Shown: piece after piece, positions 1 through 13,685 of the stretch
Numbering within the stretch: the first letter of the stretch is position 1
Layout: every line of letters starts with the position of its first letter
Assembly: GCA_964057225.1 (NCBI GenBank)
Contig: OZ059896.1
Span: 14,694,001-14,758,000 of the forward strand
Direction: 5' to 3'
DNA length: 64,000 nt
Source of the DNA: Auanema rhodensis
Lineage: Eukaryota; Animalia; Nematoda
Made by a program: the position numbers and the translations under genes
The notes under the pieces: model-generated
Databases searched by the model: none
What the model saw: only the letters and a program-made list of their open reading frames with translations
What the model was told of the DNA's origin: nothing

Positions 1-194
1 CTGCTCCTACCTGATTAACATCAGCATTTCTTGTTTTGTACTTCTTTTTGACTATGGTTCCCCTTTTATTCCTGTATTACTACTTTATGCTTTTAATAAT
101 AAAGAATCATGACATTCACTTCATTTTTGCATTTATTCTGACATTTTCTTAATTTTCTTAATGATTTTTCAATTAAGATAAACTTTATATAGCA

Positions 195-2550
195 ATGACT
201 GATTTGTTCAACAAACATATCAAAAAGGCTACTTCCAGAACTAAGGAAAAGGTTTGTAGTTAAACGTTTTATCGTTATTATCTCTTATATTTGCAGCTTT
301 TGGAAGGTATTGGTAAAGCTAAAGCAACTCAAGATGAAGTTTTTGATACCCATGCTGCAAACCTTGTTAAGCAAAGTAAAGGTTGTGAAAAACTGTACAA
401 GGATGTGAAGGTATGTATTTATTATTTATCGGGCTTTTTGAAAGTATTGAATTTTTTTAGATTTATACACAAGCTTTAAAAACTTTATGCCAAGCTGAAA
501 AGGCATTGAGGGATACGATTAGGGAATCTTATGAGAGTGATTGGCCTGAAAGAGAACAGTTAACAGCTTTATTGGACGTGCGTAACTCTCCTTTTCAGTT
601 TATTCTTTCAAATTTTGCACAGAATTTATTATTTTTTTCTTCCTTACTCAATCGTTTTTCAATAGTTTAATGGACTCTTATTCTTCTTCTACGTGCGAAT
701 GTTTTGACGTAAAATTCATTTTCATTGTTGTTTTGCATTTATTCGGTTGAGAAAGAAGATGTTTGATCCAAAAAATGGTGTAATTAATTAATTATTTCCA
801 GAACTTGGATATTCAAACAGATGCGCTTGAGAAAGCAATCGGTGAAGATTTGGTCCAAAGTGTTTCTCAGTATTGTAGTCAATTCAGTGACCTCAAAAAG
901 AAGGTATCCAGATTATCCGATTAAGATCCATGTATTGTGATTGTGATTGTGATTTAGGTTGACAAAAGAGGTAGAAAACTAGTGGATTACGATCATGCAA
1001 AAAATACATACAATTCTCTTTCTGCAAGTAAGAAGGTACAACAAAATTTCATTATGGCCTTTTTTTAATTGTGAATTTTCATTATTGCAGAATAATAATG
1101 ATCCAAAGGTTGCCAAGGCTTTGAACGAGTTAGTTCAGACAGAAACAATGTATAAAGAAATTAACAATGAATTACTTGAGGTATACATGTTGTAACTATA
1201 ATAGATATTCGAGTTAACTTCTAGATTCTCCCAGCTACTTATGATGGCCGTATTACATTCTTAGTTGATACTTTACAAACTATGTTCAATGCTCATAGTA
1301 TTCAGGAGACAGAATCTGGAAAGGTAACATTAGTTTTCATATTTTTTTATTCCTTTATTCCTTCCTTCAATATCCCAGATCAATAAGCAAGTTGTTTCTC
1401 AACTTGATAAGCTTGGACAATCAATGGACTATCTGCGTGTTCCACGCCCTGAACCACGTACTTTAACTCCTATTGATACCACTGAGGTATAGTTGATCGC
1501 TCATATTTTCTTTTCCATGTGCTTTATTTTATAGAATGACTCAGTTACGTCTGCAAATTCTCCCCAACAAAATTCTTTGCCAGTCCCATCAACACCTACG
1601 AATACTTCTGTAACTCCATTACCGGCATCAAACTCTCCAGCGCCACCTGCATCGGAAAGTTCAAACCCATTTGACGAAGATGAAGATGCTGCTGAAGAAG
1701 AGGCATGCACCAATAAAGTATATCCAGTAAGTTAATTGCGTTGATATTAATAGTTCCAGAATAATTTTCTCTTTGATTTTTAATTTCCAAACTTTGCAAA
1801 GCAGTTCGCTTACATTTTTTTCTTTCCGCGCTAATAGACTCGCAAAGTTCATCTATAAATAGATAAAATTCAGTTTTTCATTGACGTTTGATGCTATAAA
1901 CTATACATCATGCCCAGTTCAGCAGTGGCATACGCCTTAAAGATCGAATTCATAATATTTGTACAAATGCCTAGTATCAAATAATGAATGTAAACAATAT
2001 GATATAAGCCTATTTTCACAGCCGACTTGTTTCGTTTTTAAGAATTCTTTGTGTTTTCCAGAAAATAACCGCAGTCCCATCTGCAAAAAATTATGAAACA
2101 CCGAAGAAAAAGGAAAAAGATCCCACCAACCCATTTGATGATTCAGAAGATGAAAGTGCCTTAGATGCTGAAGGTTCAAAGGACAAGGCTGAGGACAAGC
2201 CTGAGGACAAGCCTGAGGACAAGCCTGAGGACAGAAAGGTTTGCTTATTGTTTCTCGTTTCTTTCTATAATTAATACTCTAGGTTATGTATATGGTTAAG
2301 TCAACACACGAATACAAAGCTGCTGATACGGATGAACTTAGCTTCACAGCTGGTGTTGAAATCAAGGTTTGTGTTTAGTTTAAAAAGCAAAATATTGAAT
2401 TTCACAATTTTGTTTGAAATTAGGATTGACGCATGTTTTCAGGTCTTGGAGTCTAAGTCGTCCGATCTTTTGGATGATGGATGGCAATTAGGTGAACTTC
2501 AAGATGGAAGACGAGGTGTATTCCCTGAGAATTTTACGAAGAAAGCTTAA
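195..2550 (+). CDS. amph-1: Amphiphysin/BIN1 orthologue (N-BAR, NPF-containing linker, C-terminal SH3); multi-exon
   Basis: Spliced translation starts MTDLFNKHIKKATSRTKEK|LLEGIGKAKATQDEVFD, has BAR-type KRGRKLVDYD, two NPF motifs (SNPFDE, TNPFDD) and ends in an SH3 (YKAADTDELSF...DDGWQLGELQDGRRGVFPENFTKKA*); GT-AG introns. Confidence 0.93.
2180..2233 (+). repeat. 12-bp coding minisatellite (GAGGACAAGCCT, ~4 copies) encoding EDKP repeats in amph-1 linker
   Basis: Direct read; lies in exon 2062-2238 (KDKAEDKPEDKPEDKPEDRK). Confidence 0.9.
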
Positions 2551-3061
2551 ATATCCTATGATAAAACGTTCGGTTAATATGATAAGAACGTAAAAGAAAA
2601 AGAGCATTCTATTAGTCATTATATATCTGTCGATTCTACTTATATTTATACATATAATAGAAAATATTGATTCAGTTCGAAACAGATTAGTGATAGTGCG
2701 AGCAAATTTTTTCGGTTGTTTGACGCCTACTTACTGATATATACAAAAAATTATGTGCTTGGATAAGAGTGACAGCCAAATTTCTTTATCAACAACCCAT
2801 TTTTTTCTTTTTTTTTTAAACATTTTCTGGTTGTGTCTAATAATGAAAACAGTTTTATTGCTATAGGCTCGCTTTTTGTATTCCCAAAATTGCAGGTTTC
2901 ATAATTCGTATGCAGAGTCTTGTGCCTTGAAAATGTTTTAAGCTTGCTATTTTTCCTGTTTTATTAAAACATTTTGTAACTAAATGTCTACATTCTCATC
3001 ACTTATCACAGCATCATTCAATGAAATTTTTAGACAAAATACTTGTTTCTTCCGTTTCTGT

Positions 3062-3954
3062 TTATGTGAGCAATGTTCCGTTGGCGGCAGATGCATAAAC
3101 GCTTAGCTGAAGCAGTATGTAATGTTAGTCAGATTTTCTGAGTCAGATGAGGCATGTGTGACATTCCTCAAAATTTCAATGTTATTCCTCCAATTGGGAA
3201 AAGGAATGAGACAAATTCGAAAACAGCGAAACGAAATATTCCAAAGATATGAAGAAATTATTTCAGATACAAAACCTACCAATGCCTTCAGCTCCTTGAT
3301 GCTTTCAATTTTACTAATTTTGTACGGGTTGATATTGCAGAATGTTACCGAGGGGAAGTTCGCTTGATCCAAGCCGAGCTTAAGAAGTAAAAACAAGTTT
3401 TAAAACAAGACAGTCGTTAAGCTTACATTGAGTCTAACCAGTTTTTCAAATCGTAAATATTGCATTAATGTATTTGAAAATAAGAAGACAAAGCCAAAAG
3501 CACAAAATGCCAGAATGATTGACCAAATTATAATGGAAATAAGCTATAAATGAAAAAATATTTACATAATTTCTATTCTGAAATGAACAAAGGAAATTTA
3601 TATTGTTAACATACTGTATTAGCTTGAGCCAGGTGAGGAATTCCATGGCATGAAGATGTCTCACCCCATTCACGTATTGAACATTTCATTTTCCTTCAAT
3701 ATAATAGGTTTTATGAATCATTGTAAGGCTGTAAGTTTAGTGAAAATAGTAAAACTTACGAGAAGCGACTATTAGGGCCATTATCTCCAATGTTGTCCTT
3801 TTCAATGTCTTCTACCATGTTGTGAACATCATTCTCATCAGATTCTGAATCAGTGGTGAAATCCTCATCTGATTCCTATTCAATAGATAATCAAATGAAA
3901 TTTTTTTAAAATTACCAAATATGAATTGCGTTGCTTTTTAGGAGAATCTACCAT
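3062..3954 (-). pseudogene. Truncated DEG/ENaC channel gene (N-terminus, TM1 and start of ectodomain only)
   Basis: Exons splice to MVDSPKK...IREWGETSSCHGIPHLAQA (HG motif), hydrophobic TM1 (IIIWSIILAFCAFGFVFLF), FPSVTFCNINPYK; next exon LSVYASAANGTLLT hits TAA at 3064-3062; only ~500 bp remain before the amph-1 stop. Confidence 0.7.
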
Positions 3955-6900
3955 GCTGAAGCCGGTTGGGAAGTGGAAATAAGACTTAACTGACAACGAG
4001 AATAACCGCAATTTTCAATTTTGAACAAAGTGCTTCCATAGCAACTGTATTCTGAATAGATGAAAGATGTCTTTGAGTCTCCCCCACACTTGGTTTTTCT
4101 CATAAAGTCCTATCTTCAGACAAGCAAAAAGAAAAAGATTTAACAAAATGAATAACGTTAGGAAAAAATGTATATGAAAGTCATCATCAGATGTATTTCG
4201 ATTTCAGAATCGAATTGAAACGGGTGGGGGATGGAAGTTACGTCAGAATACTAAATTCTCATACTTAATACAAAACCTTATAAGCTATAAATTATTATAA
4301 TAGTCCCTTTAACGGCTACTATTAACATAACAGTTTTTTTATTATACTGTCAATAAAATAATGATATACAACACAAGTTTGTTGTTTATGAGATAATTGG
4401 AAAGGGATATATTATACGTATAGTATTGAATGAATGTTCTTTGCAGTTTAGTCTACGTGATCATCACCACATCATCTAGTTCATTATCTCAACTACCTGT
4501 GGATTAAAGATGAAGGTGATGATGAAGCCCTGTTTATAATAATAGCATAATATCTGTCTCATTTTACTGTTTAATTAAAACAACAACTCAAGATTATCAT
4601 CCTCAGCTTAAATAATATATTTAAAGAAATAGTTCTTATTCTTCATACCAGTGCCAATAATTGAAGTTTGATCCTTCGCTAACTTTTTCTCTTAATTTGA
4701 TGTTCTTTTTGATATCACGTGAATCTCACGTGAGTCTTTTATCCATTTTCTCTTCACTTACTGTCTTAAGCGGTTGCATTTCTACTATTTACTATTTACT
4801 ATTAACAGTTCCGCATTTACCATTTTTACTATTTTCATCATGAATATAATTTTTATTTTTTGAAAACTTGAAATATTATTTCTATGAGACTTTTTTAAAT
4901 TTTAGACATTTTCGTTCTTTCTTTAACAATATTTTTTTCTTAAATATATAAGATTATGATTACAATTCATAAAAATCTCTATTGTGTTGATTTATATTTT
5001 TATATTGTTATGGAATAGAATTAGAATTAACCATCTATTTGATCTTTTAAATAATCTTCTCTATGATTTATTCTCATATTGATTCATTTTTCTATTAAAA
5101 TACTGTTCGTTTCTCTCTGATATTCTATGCTTTCGACCTGTCCTATTTCAACTATTTTTTTTTCGGTTTTTTTTCTCATCTCAAGCTTCCTCTCTCACTT
5201 TCTCTATCTTTCTATCATATCGCTTTGATGTAAAAGCAGCCACGTATATACGTGACGAAACTGGCTCCTTATAGCTGAAAAATGCGGTTGTCATGTCATG
5301 GTTTTAGTGGAATCTACATGAAATACAGCATGCATCAAGCTGTATAAAACGTACGCAAATGCTAGAAAACCTTGATCTTCATCTTGCAATTAATATATGA
5401 GATTTGATGATGATCAGCAACATTTATATCTTATAGCGGCATACTTACAAGGCATATCATCGTCAAATCACAGTACTGTCGTTTTGTTTTGTTTTTATAC
5501 ATGTAACATGCGTAATTCATCATGTATACAATACTTACTTAGCTGTTTGACCACAAATAGTTCTAATATAATCTGCCTAAGGCGGATGTTCTAGAATCTT
5601 CTGTTCAATCTTCTGGAACTTTGAACATAAATATTGTATTAAACGCTTTCAGTTTTTGTCAAGTTTGCATAAAAATTCAAAGTACTTTTACACATGTATG
5701 CGATGACGACGATCTTGTAATTTTATTTCTGAGTATTTATATATGTATTACTAATTATAAATATATATATATCTATTTTCTACTTATATTATCTCAACTC
5801 ACTCTTTATACAATTATTGCTTCCTTATATCTTCTATATATTCATTTTTATTAAACTTCTACTATATAGTAGGCCAAGACCACATATCTAACCTCTGAGT
5901 GACCAATCAGGCAGTTCTTGTACTCCTTGATCTATATGGCCACGCTGTTACGTTAGATCTAAAATCTTCTCACATTGAGGTGTTTAACATTACTGCCGTC
6001 TCTCATATTCATATACATATATTTGGCCATTTGAATTATTTTCTTTAAATATTATATTAATCAAAAAGAAAAATATTATATATAATATTAAATTAAATTC
6101 AAAAAAATGCTTATATTCTATATAGTAATTCAGATCTTGGCATTGCATCTTGTCTACTATCCTTGTCCTTCACCCCTGCCTTCTCTTTTGCTCTCATTTC
6201 CCGACTCTCAACCTCATATTGTAAGTAACAGACGTCCTCACTTATCTGGGGCATTCCTTATTCAAATTTCTCACGTACACGAACTGATGAAACGAATATT
6301 CATCATCATTGTCAACATATTCTTGATTCTTAGTTTTTCTCTTTAGTTGTCGTTTTTTTGACCCCATCTGACCTGCTGATGCTGTTTGGATTTTCAAGAA
6401 ACTAACTGCTTGACCACATCGTCTCATGTCTGTCTCTGTTCACGATGCCTCTAACACTCGTTTTCTCTTTTTTTCTCTCACATTCTCAACACACCCTTAC
6501 TAGAATTCTCGACTGACTTCCACTTGATCTACAATCTTTTCTCGTCGTCTTCGTCGTCCACACCATCATCACCGTCGTAGTCTTCATCAGTTCCTTCTCT
6601 TTTCCACCATTTATTGAATCTTTCTCTCATTATTTTTCTTCGTTTTTGTCAATTCACATGGGAATATTCTCGAAAAGGCTAACCACAGCCAGCTTGCTAG
6701 AATTTTCTTTTCACATCCTGGTACTATCTCCTTCATATCGTCAAACGTCCTGCTTCTTTCTGCACTTTTTCCTATTTGATTTTTGTTTCTCTAAATTTTG
6801 GCCTATTTAGATTTATCATTATATTCACCTATTCCTATGTTTCTTTTTCTATTTTTGTTAAACATTCATATAGTACATCATCATATTCATCTAAACTATA

Positions 6901-7605
6901 AGTATGTTTTTTATTGTTGACTTCATTCATGAGATATTCAGAAATACTGTTCACTTTGACATTTTACATAAAAATTACAGCTTGTCTAATTCTGTCTTAC
7001 TTCGTCTAACATCATTCATTCTATAGAATGTCTCCTTCTGCTTGTCTTTGGGCAGTTTCTGACCCCGAACATTGTTGAACGTCTGGCCTCGGACTCATCA
7101 TCATCGATTAGTCGAAGTACATATACATTGTGTTGTATACTAGTTGAATATAATATAAACTATGTGTATGAAATCTTAAATTATTCTTTTCTTTCCACTT
7201 CAATGATGCCCATTTTCTCAAGTTCTTTCAATCTCTACATATTATGTATCTGGTTAGCTATTTATCGATCAATGTTCGACTCGAACGTGTCCTTCCTTAA
7301 CTTCAGCACTAAATGTACGACCCCAACATATGCTCCTTTTCATTTTTCCCTTTATTTTTTGATTTTTTATCGATAAAAAGCCGACTAATTTAATTCAATT
7401 CTATATAGTTAGTTATTTTCTCGAAAATATTTTTAAAATTTAATTACCTCTTAGGATTCTGAAGGCTTCTCCCTGATTATGCAGTGTGTTTGAAACTTTG
7501 AAGCTTTTTTCTTATTTATAAATGTTTTATCAATATTTTCCGTTTGTTTTTTATATCTTCTTTTCAATGTCGTTCTTTATATCTAACTGCATCGTTATTT
7601 TTAGT

Positions 7606-10542
7606 ATGATGGGCCTTCAATGGCTGGCCCTTTGTGGCTTACTAGTAGTAGTTTCTGCGGACTTATTTACCGCAATTGCTGATATGGAGCGCATGTTGGG
7701 TGCTGAAAAAGAGGTTACAACTTTCATCGATCAATATATTTCATCAGAGCAAGATCGTCTTCGTCAGTTAAAGAAGTAACTATATCATATAATTAGAGAT
7801 ATTCAAGCTTATTCTTGTTAATTTTCAGGTTTGCTGATGAATACGTCAGCAGAAATAACCATGCCGCTAATGTTGGACCAGAATTTGTTACTAATCCTAT
7901 TAATGCATTCTTGTTGATCAAGAGATTGACATCTGAATGGAAGAAGGTTGAGGAGATTATGAAAAAAAATCGTGCTGATACCTTCATCCAGAATATCACT
8001 GATAATCGTGTTCGTGGACAGGTAGGCTTACATCAGCTGAACATTAATTTTTATGCTTTTCATTGAAGGTTAAATTCCCAGGAGAAGAAGATTTGTCTGG
8101 AGCTGCTATTGCTCTCCTTCGTCTTCAAGATACTTATAACCTTGACTCTCATGATCTTGCCAATGGAATGATCAATGGAGAGAAAGTTGGTCACTCCCTT
8201 ACATCTCATGATGTGTTTGAGGTCGGTATTATCTTTAAGCTTAGAATTGCATAATTTCGCTTATTCAGGTTGGACGTGCTGCTTATAACCAGCATGATTA
8301 CTACCATGTTGTTATGTGGATGCAAGTAGCTCTTAATAAGGTTTAAGAGAATATGTTTTACACAATAATTTCCAATTTTCAGCTTGAGAATGAGAATCCT
8401 AAGACTATTGATGAAGCAGAAGTCTTAGAATATTTAGCTTTTGCTTTATATAAGCAAGGAAATGTACGCAGAGCTTTAGCTTTGACCAAACGTTTAGCTG
8501 AAATTGCGCCAAGACATCCACGTGCCAAAGGTTAGCTCCAATATAATTTGTGAGAAAATATTAAGTTAAACCAATTTTTAGGTAACGTTAAGTGGTATGA
8601 GGACATGTTGGAAGGCAAAGACCTAGAAGGAGAATTGCCACCGATTGTTAATAAGGTTTTTAGTAAATTCTTTAAGTTTTTAACAATGTTGAAGTATTTC
8701 AGCGTAATGATAACGATGGTATTGATGAGCGTGATGCTTATGAAGCTTTGTGCAGAGGAGAAGTTCAACCAATTGACCCCTCTGAAGCTAAGAAGCTTTA
8801 CTGCTACTTGAAGGTATTTCCTATTCTGTTCACAATCTTATTTTATATTTGTGATTCTTTTCAGAGAGATAAGCCTTTCCTTAAGCTTGCCCCAATCAAG
8901 GTTGAAATTCTTCGTCTTGACCCTATTGCCGTTCTCTTCAAAGAAGTAATTAGTGAATATGAAATCAGCGTCATTAAGGAGCTTGCCTCTCCTAAGGTAA
9001 GTAATAATGAAACAATTTGCATAATTTAATCAAAGTTAAACAGAAAAAAAGGTTTGTTTTTGAAACTTTAGTCATTTAAATAGTTTATTCAATTCTAATA
9101 TTATATTACAATTCAATTTTCACGTAATGACTATTGAGATCACGTGATTGATAGGAAATTTAAATGTATTAATTGATTGAATTTTGAGCTTGAAAGAGCT
9201 ACAGTACAAGGAACAAACGGTAGACTAGTTACAGTAAGCTACCGTATAGCTAAAAGGTATAAAACATACACATAAGGTTTCTTCTTGACACCGTATGAAT
9301 TGCTTTGAAGAGATTTTTTGAATTGCTTTTGAATGAATATCCCGCTTTCCTTTATATTCTGGTGGTATCTCAAATGTGTTTGATTAGTATAAACTATATT
9401 ATTTATACAGTACATGTTTAATATTTCTAATCAAGCATTTTATCCAGCATGTTTATGTGAATGTTTCAGTTGAAACGTGCTACCGTCCAAAATTCTGTTA
9501 CCGGAGAATTGGAAACTGCCAGTTATCGTATCAGTAAGAGGTCGGAGTTTCATTTAATACTTATTCCCTCTAATGCTTTTGCTGTCCATAATGCTTGTGG
9601 TTGTGGTGTGTTGTTAGTGATGTGATATGCTTTGTTGATAATAGTTATTTGGCTTTATGAGATGATTATCATCTGTTTTCATTATAGTGCTTGGCTTAAA
9701 GCTGGTGAAAGCCCTGTCATTGAGAGAATCAATCAACGTGTTCATGATATGACTAACTTAGAACAAGCTACTTCAGAAGATCTTCAAGTAAGATTTTTCT
9801 TAATATTCGTACATACAATTCACGTTTAGATTGCTAATTATGGTCTTGGTGGTCACTACGATCCTCATTATGACTTTGCCAGAGTAAGTAGCTTTTTCAT
9901 TTGAAATTTAATCCATTTCAGGAATGCTTTTAAGTTTAAAAAATATTATTTTCTTCTAAAACAAAACTCGAAAATACCGCAATTTGTTTGCAATTAGAGA
10001 TCTTATGATTTCAAGCGTCAGTATGGGCATATCTTTTGAACTTAAAACAATAACTGATTTTGAGGAATTTTGTAGAATCGCGGAAATGATCCGTACAGAA
10101 GCGGTACTGGCAACCGATTAGCTACAGTTCTATTCTATGTAAGTATTAGATGACGTTACTAAGTGTTTATCTTATAGAAGGAAGAAAAGAATGCATTCAA
10201 GAACCTGAACACCGGAAATCGCATTGCCACAGTGCTGTTCTATGTGAGCTAACTTGACGTTTTTGATTTTATATCGCCGGCCTCGTTTACATGTGTTATT
10301 CTTCACATTTTGTTCTAGCTTGAGTTGAAACTTTATATCTGGTTGAACCTATGTGTTAATGTGTGACATGATTGAATTGATGATTGAGCATGATGATTTG
10401 AATCGAGCTACTTAAAGCTTTTAACTAATATTTAGAGGAAAAGCATGAGGATTGATGGACTTCTGTGAACCTGCTTGTGCTCCCCATTTACCACACAACT
10501 TTTTATTATTTTTTTTAGTTGTGAAATCAGACACACACATAT

Positions 10543-10573
<31 letters not shown>

Positions 10574-11188
10574 GCATAAGTTTTCACCGCATATTTGGTT
10601 TTCACACTTCTATTTTCCAACCATAAACGAGGCCGGTGATCCGGAATTTGGCGATTTCATAGTATATGATAACTAGACATTCTTTAAAAAAATGAAAAAG
10701 CTTTGAATTTTTCAGTTTCTGTTCATTTAACAAACATGTTGTTGCTTTTTCATTTTTTTCTTTTTCTTATCTTCACATCTTAATCACGTTTGACGCTTAA
10801 GTAATTGCTTGTTGAGAATCAAATGATGTTACTTTCATATTTCTCTTGAAATTGAATTTCTTCTTCAGATGAGCCAGCCAGAGAAAGGTGGTGCTACTGT
10901 CTTCAATCAGCTGAATACTGCCGTATTCCCAAGCAAGCATGATGCTCTTTTCTGGTACAACCTTAAACGAAACGGAGAAGGAGATCTACGAACACGACAT
11001 GCTGCTTGTCCAGTTCTTCTTGGAGTCAAATGGGTATATTTGGCTTGTGTGGCTGCTTGACAAACTCATATCCTGCTTTAAAGGTTTCTAACAAGTGGAT
11101 TCACGAGCGTGGTCAAGAATTCTATCGTCCATGTGGATTAACAGAAGACGTTCAAGAGAACTATATTGGAGACTTAACTCCATTCTAA
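7606..11188 (+). CDS. phy-2: Collagen prolyl 4-hydroxylase alpha subunit; multi-exon with two alternative exon pairs
   Basis: Signal peptide then ADLFTAIAD, VGPEFVTNPINA, FPGEEDLSGAA, NYGLGGHYDPHYDFAR (HxD), GNRIATVLFY, TRHAACPVLLGVKWVSNKWIHE; matches recalled C. elegans PHY-2 rather than DPY-18. Confidence 0.93.
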
Positions 11189-13685
11189 ACGGATTAAAAG
11201 CAGAAGAAAAAGAAGAAAAAGAAGTTCTATTGAAAAACATATCTGATTTGTTTGAAAAATTCCTATTTCTTATTTATTTTATTCAATTATCTCCCCTCAC
11301 CTAAAAAATTGTTTTAACTAAGTGACCATTTAACACATAGTTTGGTTATCCACTTTCCAATACATCCTCTTACACATATTCCGTTATTCATTTTCACAAA
11401 AAAAATTGCATTTTTTGGGTATCGGTAGTAGCTAGAAAGCTACAACTTTTCTTGCCTTATGTACTACTACGGTTAAAATTATGTCTAATGTTGTCATAAC
11501 TATATGTATATAGTATTGACAGATTGAGATTTGACTAATTGTGTTAAAATCAAGAAAATAAATTCATTTTACAATAATTGTCTGAAGATATTGAATTCTT
11601 GATTGGAAAGAATAGATGAACACAGCCGAATAGTTCACCATTTCGAAGAAAAATGAATGTGGTACTTGAGTGGCTTTCCGTATAAATTTGTAATTTATTC
11701 GATTAAAATATTATTCAAAAGATTTTATATTATAAGAATATAAATTAAATACTAAAAAAATATTAAAATAATATATTTTAAATATTTAAATAATAAATTT
11801 ATACGGATATCTGTATGAGTTTATTATATAAATATTGAAAATTAAAAAAATAAAATCTAACGCTATTCATACTTTCATCTATGGTCAGATCAGTCAAAAA
11901 AATAATATTTTGAAAACTGATATCCAATATCATAAAGCTAATCGTTATCATTGTTTTCAAGTTCTCATCATGATTTTGTCTCTTAAAAATTCATTTTAAT
12001 CTAATGAATTGCTTGTATGTGAACATCCCGACAGGGATTATCATCTGTACCGTATACGCCCACTGCTGCGTCTCTCTGTGTTTCATTTTTTTTGTTCTTT
12101 TTCTTAATTAATAAAATAAATTTTTATTAATATAGATATATAATAATATTATTCTTATTATACATATTTGATGTTTTTTTTTAAATTTTTATTTTGATGC
12201 AATAGAAAAAGAAATTCTGATTATTAATTTTTGACGGTAAAACGATAATTTCTTGTCACCAGATTTCTTTTTTTAATTTTTAGATATATATGAAGTTAAT
12301 AAAGTAAAAGCTCAATATTAAAATCATATTGATATGACAAAAAAAAGATTTTTTAATAGCTTTGATAGGATAGAAATGAATAATATGATTATAATCGTTG
12401 ATAATGTTCTTTCTTTTCTTTATATATTTCTATTTAACATACATCATAGAGATGATTTTGCTCGTTTCTCTCTTTAAGACTCATCATGATATTCGTCGTC
12501 ATATAAATAAAATGACGACGATAATGATGATGACTTGAATATAAAAGAAAAGATATTTATCAGAACATCTTCTGGTTAGTAGACAGCATTTCAAGAACGA
12601 GAGTGAAGATATATATACTATATATATATATAATATATAATATATATTTATATGTATATATACATATTTATATGAATGAAAGTGAATAAGCGAGAAACTG
12701 AGAAGAGAATGACTGAAAGAGGAGAAGGAGAAATCTGGAATTTTGATGATTATAATGGATTGCTTTCAATTGGGCATTGAATGTCCGAGGATGACTGCCT
12801 GTTAACATCACTCTTGTCATATCTATCTACGTGTGTGTAGTGTGTGTATGTCTGTGTGTGTGTGTGTGTGTGTGAATTGCTCATCTTCTTTATTCAAATT
12901 TTCATTAGATGTTTCAACGTCATTCATTGTTTGGTGGATGACTTGAACGATACTATCGTGACGACGACATTTGATGTCATTTGAATAATGATAACGATCC
13001 TGCTATTGATAATGGATTAGAAATGAATTCAAATGTTCAAATTGAAGATTAACTATCCTCTTACGCATATTCTTGAAATCAATAAGCTATTTATATTATA
13101 TATTGTTCTAAAACAAGCTCATGATCTCATTGTCTTTAGGTGACATTAAACTGATCAAACTTTGTTCCAAATCAACTATTCCTATATAGATTGCTCTTAT
13201 ACTATTTTATATTTATATTCAATTATATATTTATAATTTTATCTCTTTCTAAATATATATTAATTTATTTACTATTACATGAGTAATGGTATTGTCTTAT
13301 CAATGCTAATACTTGTATATAGCTTTGATCTCATATCTCGATTCATTCAAACAGCTTTTACACTAGCTTCAATCGTATTCAAGACAGCTTTTCATCTTAC
13401 AAAGCTTATTCAGTTTCAAGATAGTAATGATTGCTATCGTCGTCTATAATTCCAGACTATAGAGTACATGGCGAATCAACATCATCATCTTAGCTATTCG
13501 AACTTTTTACAGATCTCAATTCGATATTCAGCTCTATTGAAATCGGATTTCCTACTTTATAGTTATTTGCTTTATTATATTTCCTCATAAATATTTTAAA
13601 AATTTATATTAATTAGAAAAATATATATTATTGTTTAGATTTCTGAATTGTGAGTCAAATACTCACATACGGGTGAACTAAATTC

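Noticed and set aside
13279-13449. Alternative start of the peroxidase (MSNGIVLSM...)
   Set aside because: Frame closes after 56 codons; ATG 13686 gives a proper signal peptide.
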